64,000 bases of DNA, taken from positions 453,711 through 517,710 of the forward strand of contig NMRA01000128.1 of assembly GCA_002633005.1 (NCBI GenBank). Reading direction: 5' to 3'. Positions within the stretch are counted from its first letter, which is position 1; every line of letters starts with the position of its first letter. Shown here in pieces: positions 53,701 through 64,000 of the stretch. A program made the position numbers and the translations under genes. The stretch comes from Phoronis australis (taxonomy: Eukaryota; Animalia; Phoronida). The notes below the pieces were generated by a model. That model did not search any database. It had not been told where the DNA came from and was given only the letters and a program-made list of their open reading frames with translations.

Positions 53701-56700
53701 ATCCTAACCTGAGCGCTTCGTGTAAATTGGACACAGCTTTCGCCAAATACAACACCTTGAAGTATATACCTGTCTTACTTACAGACGACGCACGCCTAGC
53801 TGCCCGTCGGATGACGCTTCACGACCTCTGGCGAACCTGAAATCAAACGAATGTGCTTGGGAAAGGACTTTAAGAAACTTTAAACAAAAAGCTCATCTTG
53901 AAATCGGGGTTGCCCAGTTTCGAAACAGGCGGCACCTTTTTTCCAAACACTGACCAAATTTGCTGTCTCAAACAAAGATAGCACTGCTCAGGACATCGCT
54001 TTGTAAGGTTGTCTCACTAATAATTCAACGATGGCATAACCATTCAACCGATTTGCCAAGGCTTTCAAATGTTTACACCTGTGACCAAAAGCTAGCTTCG
54101 ACATGTTATTATATCGTCGGTTGCGAAATACTGTGAGCTGGACATCTTTCCTGTTTGTCTTTCAAAGGAAACAATGCCTGGTTCAGTGGTTCAGTGTCCT
54201 CGTTCAACTTAAGAACTATAGCCCAGTCTGTCACAACGTATCGTCAACTCCATGCCTCGCGATGTTCATATCTATTTGTTTATAAGCAGTAGTTGTTTTC
54301 TCACCAGATTGTTCTAAGTTTTCTATTTCAGCATGCTCAAACACATCATGCTTAACGTCTTGATTGAGTGATGCACTTGAAAGAATAGAGCTTGTCTCTA
54401 TCCTCTGGAACCGTTCAGTCATCGATCTTAGCAACAATAAATTCACCGCTGCCGATGAAGGTATCACCCAGCTACCATGTCAAGCAATCACTTATTCTCC
54501 AATATGGCAGTCGTTAGAGAATACAATTGAGCGGGCTGTGCTGGGTAACTTGTCAAGTTCTGATCAGCTTACAGACAAGAATACCGTAAAAATAAAAATG
54601 GTCATGTACAGAACACACAGGGACTTACCCTGTCACCTTAACAACAAACCGTCCCGCTGTATTGACTTAAGTGTCGCATTCGTGACCTTATAGGCTGTCT
54701 GTGGCTGCTTGCAAGTCCTCAACTCCCCACCAAAGGTATGACATCGATCAAGGAGTGTTCTTGGCATTGCAAGAGCGATCACCAAATCGTTTGGAATTAG
54801 CTGCAGGGTGCGTCTACTCTTCTTCTGTGATCCTATCATATCATCTCTTCATACATGTACTTCTAGTTATTTTGTAAGACATCATCGCTAAGCCGACCAC
54901 GTTCAGNATATGTCCCGTTTATTCCACCACTGAAGAACTTCAGAGCTGGGTCACTGAACTGGACATTTTTCCATAATTTGAAGATGAACAAAGAGAATGC
55001 AAAGCTGTTGGTAATGTTGTTATACCTGCAACAGCGATTCTCCAGCTAGTCAATTAATATAGACGACACTTCCATTGCTCCAAAACACCAATCATCCGCC
55101 TTAGAGAGTTCCAGTGCAACTATGAGTGCGGAGATAACAAACGACTGTTTGATGTTTTAGAACGTGAATATAAGGTTTTTACTCGCCAAGGATGCGGCAA
55201 ATATTTATCTTAATGAGTTAATAATGGATAGTTTAAATATTATTGGATGAAACGTGAGTGGGCTTAACAAAGGTTGACTGTTGGCTAAACATAAATGGAG
55301 ACGAAACACCTTCATTTTCGTCGCTTAAACCCACAAGTGGAAACGTGGGCGAAAAAGTAGGAAAGAAGATGTCTGTTCTGCATTTTATATTACCAATACA
55401 TACGTTACTCGAGATTCAAAAGTTATGAAGCGAATTGGGGAAAAGGACGGGTTTGTGACCCACAGGCTTTCCAGTCTATGCTTTGTTCGACGTGAAGCAT
55501 ATTGCTTCAAATGTTACCAATTGGGTTGCGGAATAGCAGTTTCTGCCTGCCACCTACGCTAGCTGACATTCTAATGACATGCCGTGGTTCACGATGGTAC
55601 AGTATAACTCACTTGAAGTCCCAACCGAATACTAGATTCTGCACCGCTGCACTCGATGGAGATGTCGGGGGCTCCTCCTAATGACTCATTGATAACCTTC
55701 GTCAATTCATCTGTGTCACGTGAGTTAACCAGGACTATGGAGTCTGCTCCCATATGCTTGGCCATTTGAGGACGGTATTCTGACGTGTCTGCCTCGTAAA
55801 CAGGAGAGTTCATTTAAAAGTGATTGAATCCTACTTGTGATAAATGCTTTTGGTTCAGGTAAGCTAGTTTCTCTCAATTGGAATTGTGAGACAACTTCCA
55901 ATTGAACTGAAGAGATCAAATTTTGTTCGGAAGCACAGTTCTCTTTACTTGTAAATGATCGACATGTTTTTCGTGGTTGTGAAAATAAAGAGCTATTATA
56001 GTAAGGAAATTTCGAAAACATTTTTGATTTTGTACAGATACGTGAAATAGTTTTAGGTTTTCGAACTGCTAAACAGTGAAGAATGCAATTTTCATTGTTG
56101 GCGTTTCCGATTCAAGGTCTTACGTTTGGATTTCACCGTCATGCACACTTTCTCAGCTCCCATCGCCTTCGCTGTCATTAAATTGACGAGTCCAATAGGG
56201 CCAGCCCCGCACACCAACACTTTGCTACCGATGGTCACTCCTCCTCGCCGACATGCATGGACTGCCACACTTAATGGCTCCAAAAGTGCCCCTTCGTCCA
56301 AGGTCACGTGGTCGGGGAGTCTGGTAAGAAATGAGAACCAATGACATGAATGTTCATCCAGCTTACTTCAGAACACCGTATACCAGAAATGGATAATCGG
56401 ATTCAAATGAAACTTTATAAGGTGCTATTGAAAACTGGGACATTTCTGATTTTATGAAAAAAGCAAGATACATAATTTAAAACACAATATAAAAAACTGA
56501 TAGCATTTGAAATAAGTTTAATAGAAATCCCATGTGTTATTGCTAAGTTGTACTAAACGACATGCTACATAACTCTTTCGATAATAGATGGATTTGCACA
56601 AATTCCATTTTATGAGGTAAACTCCGTAGATTTCTAAATGCATGAATAAATGTTCTTGCTGATTGGGTCTTTCGTAACCTTGATTAACCAAATATCTAAC

Positions 56701-59099
56701 TGTTATAGGTAATAATTACTAGCCTTCTTATACGCCAACGTGGACAGAGATATTTTCAGACTCAAAGTGCTTAAAACCACCAATTTCACATGAAAAAAAC
56801 ACAACCCCACCAGTCGATCAGCTCTCAAATTAGAAGACCACCAAGCACTCTCTGGCGATATGTTAAATAGCTAATCTCGAGTTTCACTGTACGAGCATTT
56901 ATTGGTCGATACATACAACGTAGAATCGGGACAACCATTCACAGGTTTAGGGTTTAGTGTGAAAAGTAGTGAGATATTACTACTCGTCTGCCCGCGGTCT
57001 ATAGCAATAAAAGAATGACGAAACGTTGTGTTTGTGGTGGTTGTGACAACTCAGTATTTGCGCACCCAGTTAGCTCTTTTCACTTTCCCCGTGGATGTCG
57101 GAAGCATGGATATGGCACAAATTTGTACAATGAACTTGCGTGTTGCTGGACAAGACACACTGGAGCTGATTAAGTTTATACCTCACACTCACGTCTGCAG
57201 AGCTAAGATACTGTCAATTAAAGTTGCCTTTCTTCTATTTTTTCGTATTTTGGATTATTGAATTCACAATTGTGGTATGCAGTCCTATGAAGGAAGGTTT
57301 AATGATGTTGACAATGTCAAGCCACAGGTCACCGGGGGAAGAGAACAAACGGATCGTACCAGGGGCGGATCCAGGATTTTGAGTTAGGGGGGCCAGGGCA
57401 GAGTATTAGCCAGGATTTTGCTTGTCAGACATTCTCACTCCGGAACTGCCAAATGGAATCTGGGAGAATTTTAGGGGGGATCATGGCCCCCTTGGCACCC
57501 CTCTAAATCCGCCACCGAGTACACAACCTTTACTTTTAGCCGCTATCCAATTTTGAATCGGGGCGTCGCAACGGCTTCGATCAAGAGTACGAATTTCAGA
57601 GCATAGTGACGCCGTTTATCATTGAAGCCAAGTGGCCATTTACGCTGTGTTACCACAAAGGCTTTTTGGCTAGCACTTGAACTATGGTCACAGTTTAAGG
57701 CTGCATACTTGAAACACAAATCCGCATCATGGCAATGATAGCGTCGAAGACAGCCGTCTGTAGGTGGCGCAGAGCAGAACATGACATCATGACAAAGATT
57801 ATACCGCCCGGCAAGGCACAACAAGCACATTCGGCATGGAATACCAGGTTCTATGGCAACTCGATCACCTAAAAACTAACCACAATTATATCTTGGTGAT
57901 GAAAACGATTTGATGTAAAACGATTAACTGTTATTACAACTATTTTAATAGTTGTAATTACACCTTAAAAGGTGCTGGTATAAGTCCATGAGGACTCCAA
58001 AGGTGAAACCAAAAATGTCGAGACATCAACGAGAAAAACTTTGAATGCCTTGGGAAGTTATAGTTCGCCAGAAAAAAGAACAATAAAGGAAATGGGTATA
58101 TGTGCTGAGTATCATTTATTTCCTATCTCAAAGTTTCATGAACCAGCGACAAGTTGAAATGTTGAGGTCCATGTGTAAACTTGCAATTGTTGGCAGTACA
58201 CACAAAATGTCTACAGACGCGGCGGTGCGTATTACTTGCTGCAACACACAATACTGCAAAGTTACAGAATTACTTAAAAACTAACTAACTATCAACTAAC
58301 AAAACAAAGCCCGTGAGTTTTAACAGCTCTCGTTCGGTCCGGTATGATTTGATTGGTTGAGGCTTGGTCAGGCGCACCCGGTAGTTTGGTAGCCTCTCTG
58401 ACTCGCCGTCTTCAACAGATATGGCCTCATTGTCGGGAAATTTGGGTGCTCTTTCGCATAATGATTTTGGTAGATGCCGAATATAGGCTTAAAAAGTTCC
58501 TCACGTCATTTCTCAACCTTTCACGAGCAAGCTTTTCCAGACAAGAAAATGTTTGAGTACTGATGAATCTATAATACTCGCCCACTTTCAAATTTGATAC
58601 TCCGTCTCCCACAGCACTAACGGTTCCGCTACCCTCGTGGCCAAGAATCATCGGTGCCTTGACAACGAAGTCATCCCCAATGGCGCCGTCCTGCCAGAGA
58701 TGAACGTCGGATCCACAAATACCGACAGCGTGCATGCGGATCTGAACCTCTAGAAATACAGTAAGCGGTGCAAACATCAAAGGTGGATTCGTTTCATAAC
58801 TTGCTTCATGTCTTTTGAGTTTTCAAATGTGCGTGCCTTGAAGATGCCTACGCTCACAATGAATTACATGGATATTCTCAAGTGCATCTTTGTCTAACCT
58901 GATTTTCAATGATTTCCGCTATTGTGTAAGATCTTCATGTTTCGAAAGGTGTCACGAATAGTATTTAATGCTGTAGTTCAAATTTCTTGAGGCAAAATAT
59001 AAAAAATACATCGCACAAAATAGTCAGTGCTTTCAATGCATTAGCAGGTGTATATAACGTTATACCTCCATGACCTGGCTCGGGGATGTCTGTGTCTTT
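50795..59099 (-). CDS. SORD: Sorbitol dehydrogenase-like (Zn-dependent medium-chain dehydrogenase); first coding exon not located
   Basis: Exons (minus): 59099-59066, 58749-58582 (GC donor), 57868-57709, 56320-about 56137, 55788 (or 55792)-55613, 51853-51732, 50954-50795. Motifs [24 protein letters not shown], structural-Zn CxxCxxC...YNLC, LEPLSV, GAGPIG, IECSG, REVDIRG, LVTHRF. Confidence 0.9.
57015..57205 (+). mobile_element. THAP zinc-finger relic of a DNA transposon in a SORD intron
   Basis: ATG at 57015 gives [13 protein letters not shown]...VSSFHFP, then after frameshifts IWHKFV and THVC. Confidence 0.55.
57360..57517 (+). mobile_element. Short MITE (CAGGGGCGGATCC...AATCCGCCAC termini)
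   Basis: Inverted termini. Diverged family member at 1083-1241; similar 5' ends at about 12157 and 12841. Confidence 0.55.
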
Positions 59100-59682
59100 C
59101 TGAAAATAAATACGGAAAATGCTTTAGGGTGCTATGTTTACAGATCACGTGACTCAGTCTGCGGACACGCGCCAGGCAAATCAAGCACGTGCAAATTATA
59201 CGTAGATTCCCGTTTCGACATTTTGCTTTTTCCATAGACTATAGTACATGTTGTCTATAATCTGCTTTTTCACAGAACTTTTGATTTCAGAGAATTATTT
59301 TGTCATTATTCGTAAGCACCATGTTGAGGTCCATGTGTAAACTTGAAATTGTTGGCAGTACACACAAAATGTCTATAGACGCGGCGGTGCGTATTACTTG
59401 CTGCAGCACACAATACTGCAAAGTTACAGAATTACTTTTAAAGACGACAAAAATTGTCATGATTTGTGTACATCTTCACAATAAAAATGCACACGCGACA
59501 CTTTCCGGTTGTAGTGCAGCTAACATATAAAAAGGATTGGTTAGCCAGAGGCAAACCCCGGACTCAAATCATTAATGCCACCACTCTCGCAGGACACCGC
59601 CATCTACTCTACTTTAGCCAGCTTCCTANNNNNNNNNNNNNNNNNNNNNNNNNNNNNNNNNNNNNNNNNNNNNNNNNNNNNN

Positions 59683-59740
<58 letters not shown>
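59683..59740. repeat. (TG)n microsatellite next to an N gap
   Basis: Directly visible. Confidence 0.95.
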
Positions 59741-59742
<2 letters not shown>

Positions 59743-59799
59743 CCAAAAAGGATCGTATCAAGAATCAGAATGTTGCCAGGAAAGCAACTTGGAAACGAC

Positions 59800-60430
59800 A
59801 GCTGCCAAAAGTGGACTACACGTCATGTTCAAAGTATGGATACATCAACGCAGAATTTTACCGAGGTTACTGTGTGCGGCACCAGCGCTTACTGGGCCAA
59901 CATCAGACATAATGGTACGACGAGTTAGATCTATTCTGCAAGGATGTTTGGCAGTGCCGAGGAATTTTAGCGAGCGTGGGTCTATACAGCACATGGACAA
60001 TGTTGCAGTGCTGACCACATCACTGGTGGAGGAGTTCAAATTAGGGAAAGTGATGAGCAAGATAGTACGTCGGGCGAGAGCTATAGTGGATGATCGAAGA
60101 AAGAGCTTGGCGTCCCGCTAAGCTGTTAATGAAGCAGGGGAGCGACTGAAACACACAGCGACATTTTAGGCACAGAGTTGGTGCTGCAGCGAAGGGCTTT
60201 CATTGTCACTGCAGGTCCGATGGGATCAGTTATCCCGTGACAGCAGCGTGTGGTGCACTGCTGCTAGTGAGGAATATGGAAATAAAAAGGCAGATGGCTC
60301 AACTTGCAAAGGAGTGCGGAAGAAGGTTGTTAAATGCCAAAAGATCTGGACAATGCGGGTTAGAATTCTTATTCAAATCTGTGTACGACATGTTACCAAC
60401 CCCGGCAACTCTGTGCGTGGAGAGATTGGC
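59800..60430 (+). mobile_element. Fragment of an RLE-type non-LTR retrotransposon (HERO/NeSL-like)
   Basis: Relic peptides SLVEEFKLGKV and LEFLFKSVYDMLPTPATLC resemble the post-RT region of HERO-like elements; frameshifted. Confidence 0.5.
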
Positions 60431-62114
60431 AGATGGAGAACTTTGCGTAAGGTATGGCCCTTAGGGGCCCAACAGTGAGCGACACTTTATTGTCAAGAAA
60501 TTTAACAGACGGAGAAAATACAAGATTTAACGATATATTCATTAAACTAAATGTTATAAGTGTTATAAGTCTTACTTTCTGAACCAATTCGCGCATTGAA
60601 ACGACGAGAACAAAATCATACACTTCCAAATTTCATCTTCTTGGATTTCTCTTGTCAAAACACTCACATGACTACTCTGTCACTAACCGTCTCTGTTGTA
60701 GTGGTTGTAGTGAACACGTATCAGCGGCAGGGATGAAAATCTCTCTCCATTCACCCCTGGTCATAAGAACGTGTTCACAATCTGTTAGCGGATCTCTTGC
60801 ATTCACACGAAGTCACCAGTTGTGCGGCGAAAAAAATCATCAGTACATAGACGTCTCGTCTGCCTTCAATATAGTGTGGGCACATGTTGAGGTCCCATTT
60901 TGTTGGGATTCCCACCATCATTTCCCGTTATAGTGACTCGATTGATGGTATACCGGTTTTATACATGTCGATGACTCTCTGTTGCGTTTTCCTGAGATGT
61001 GACGGAATAAAGTCTAGAAGTCAGGAAGCCAAAGCGGTTGAGGACACATTCAGATAAAATGTGACCCACAAACAGATTTCAGTGAACGGACCCACATCGA
61101 CGTTTTTCTAAAATGATCGCCGACACACAAACAATTAAGGAAACATAGAAATTCGTTGATCAACCATTGCTAAGTAGAAAACCCTCAAGTCATCATCATG
61201 CATACAACAACCCATTACCATTTGTAGGTCCTTCTTGCCATGAAGAACTGCAGACAAGTTTTTGTCCGACATTTCGCTTCACTAATGAGTACAGTTCCTC
61301 TCAATGTTCCCAGGGTTGGGAAACAATCCATTATCAAGTCGTAATAATACTGAGTGGCAGGCCTGGAATAAAAAGTGCAATAGCCTGTCAACAATTAATA
61401 GAAAACAAAAAATTAAAATTCTGTTCCCATTCAAAAACAGTGTTGCTCATTCCAGAATAGATTACGTATACTTTTACCTTCAATGTTGATGTGCTTCCGT
61501 GATTTAGTATACGTCTCTACTCAGTTGGTATCAGTTTAAGCAACAGAGTTAACATCTTTGAAACTTCTGCTGCAATAAACAGCATAGCATGTCCTTTATT
61601 GTTTCAAGGGTATTAGGTTAAAAGAAACCTGTTAAGTATTCATCCAAAAGGGCTACTAGCTTATCGATTTAAACCCTACAAAATTTGATAAGATTTCTGT
61701 AACATAGCTCTACCGCAAATGGTGACTATGTCATAGCCAGAAGCTCCCCAAAAATGATTACGTTCTAAATGGTTGGGCGTTCCAATTTTCCATCTGGAGC
61801 CTCGTCATAAATAGTTGCATGGCAGCCCCGCCTCCCAAGGTCCGCACATTGTATTTACCTGAAGAGGGGAGGATTGACCACGAGCCCGGTCATTGAATTG
61901 TTTCCCTACCCGTCTACATAGGTCAACACCGGTTATCTCAGTTATCTGTGTCACCACGAGAGTTCATCGGAAATTCATTGACGTCTATACCGACAGCGAC
62001 TGTATCCCGTCAGAACAGCAGAACAGCAGGTGTTTCAAAGGATCAATCACCAGAGGTCCCCTTCAAAGGCAAAATTACTGACGTCATGATTTTTTATTTT
62101 TCCAAAACGTTTAA

Positions 62115-63759
62115 AGGAGCATGCCACCCGAAAAACAACCTAATTTGTATCCAATTTAGATCGAGTATAGTTCTACTCTATAACGACACGTACGGTTGCG
62201 TTACCTGACACCTGACGGCAGACGGAGGTGTTGAAATTATCCAATGACGTCGGCGGTTTCACACGCAGTCTGTTCAGCAGTCCAGTACGGGTTACTGGTG
62301 TCAGCTTATCGCTTGAAGACATCGTTTAACACCAATAAATCATCAAACTTCGATGTAAAATCCTTAAAAATACACCGAGTTCTTATAAAAACGTGTTGTT
62401 TTATTTCGCTCTTACGGATTTATTGGTATTTGGACACACTGTAGCCTACAAAGTTCGGCAGGGCCAATAAGGTCACATGGAGTAGCAGGAGTTTGGGGTC
62501 TGTTCGGAGATAATTTCGAAGTATTTTCCGTGAGATACAGACAGGAGAGCCTAGATCTGTGTTGTTTACACTTGTGATTTTTTGAGTTCTGACTGAACAC
62601 AAAACGCTTGTTATCGTGGCCAGTGGCTCGGACTGAGAGCCCGATCAGGCCCGTCGCGGCCGGCCAGTGCCAACTGATCAGACATCACGAACATATACCA
62701 GCCAAAGTTCAGTGGAAACCAAACTTCCAGTCAAAAAAATCCTATACTAGCGACCCAAAGTAATGTGCACGTGATTATGTTGGCGAATTAGCTACAAAAC
62801 TGCAAATCTATTTAGTCGTCGGGGGCCGCGAATCAGGTTCCGCTTTGGACACAGCACCGCCGGTCAGGGCAGAAGTTGTACATTGACAATCATTATAAAG
62901 ATTCCCCTAACACCTGGCCGTGGGATGGAAATCGAGTTGTTTCACAACAGTTTCTGCCAGCAAACACTAAATTAGCATGAGCTCACACGGCCTCGGCCGT
63001 CCCGACAATTAGTTTTATTGCAGCTAAAGCTGGCAACGCAGTGATTTATTCATTGCTGGCTTCTCAAATCACTTGCACTCACTAACACTCCAAAGGCATT
63101 AAAAATTGCATCTAATGAGACAGACTTCTTGTTTCAGTTTGGTTAGGGTGAGAATAATTCATTTTGAAACAGAACGCTCAGTTATAAACGCCAACTGGCA
63201 TCTCGCAACGATCCGCGGGCCGACTTGGACGAACTAGAGCTCATCAGTCCCGACTTCGCAAGTGGATCGTTAAGTTTTACAGGCTATCAATTCGAACAGG
63301 AATACAGTGATGAAGAAATACTAGAGAGGCGCCGTGAACAAGCTCAGACACTGAACGGAACGTATGGAGTTATTTGGTAAGCCGGCATTCGTCATGCACT
63401 GTCGACGTCTGCAGGCCACACACACGGAGATGTTTCACGGCCTCATACTTGCTATTTACAGCGTACATTTCATTCTTCACTACCATGAGCCACATCCGGA
63501 CTCTCGAGGAAGTAAAAAAAAACACGATATACCCGCTTTCCTCGCAGCTGCTTAGTTCGGACGGCGAAAAAGATGCACCGCAACATAGCGGCAATCACTC
63601 TGCATATGAACCACTGATGTCGCTAGCGTCGTTTCTCACCTTCCTCACAGGTTAACGCGTCGTCTCTTGGCAAGGTAAGGTCGACCGTATGCTAGGCGAT
63701 GTGGATATAGATCGATTAAGATGGCAAAAAAGACTAATTAAATCGGGTGGCATTCTCCT
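62115..63759 (-). mobile_element. Second, inverted copy of the Kolobok-like element
   Basis: TTAA at 62111-62114 and 63760-63763. Same TIRs and full-length reverse-complement homology to 13983-15616. ORF 63370-63594 reads MPLCCG...RMWLMVV...HLRVCGL. Confidence 0.8.
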
Positions 63760-64000
63760 TTAATGCTGCTATGAACTCACCTTCCGTCAAAAAAAAAACA
63801 CCTCCGACTCAGAGGCCATTTACCGCAATAAACTTTGTTTCACGGGATTCTTGAATCAGATGAGAAGTAATTTCGGGACTTGGAAAGTACTACTTTCTGT
63901 TAGTTAGTGTTCAAGACGGTGCTCAGTGCGCATAAAAAGACCCGCCGTATAAAGCCAACTATTATGGAACCTGATGATCTCAATCAATAACGAACAATCA

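Noticed and set aside
63781-63819. Candidate SORD exon 1 (ATG...AAG|GTGAGT on the minus strand)
   Set aside because: In-frame TGA and no resemblance to SORD N-termini. Other candidates near 60575 and 61858 also lacked homology or the right phase.

Overview
AT-rich, intron-containing, repeat-rich animal (most likely invertebrate) genomic DNA with several N gaps. The core is a tandem segmental duplication (about 12290-26280 and 28600-39560). Each unit carries a two-exon + strand gene for a STAND/NLR-like receptor with a CARD-like death-fold domain, an NB-ARC NTPase and TPR repeats. Each receptor gene lies tail-to-tail with an arginase on the - strand. The second arginase is a complete 7-exon, 338-aa gene; the first is a truncated pseudogene with several independent lesions. 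The two receptors are about 95% identical in NB-ARC/TPR but only about 64% identical in the separately encoded CARD exon (both counted by eye). This is the most interesting signal in the window. Further downstream on the - strand is a sorbitol dehydrogenase-like gene (7 coding exons found, first exon not found). It has a GC-AG intron, a one-base splice-phase anomaly and substitutions in the substrate pocket. The rest is transposon debris (TTAA-flanked Kolobok-like elements with THAP relics, MITEs, a Tc1/mariner derivative, LINE and HERO-like fragments) and mini/microsatellites. All homology calls come from motif recognition by eye; no database search was run.
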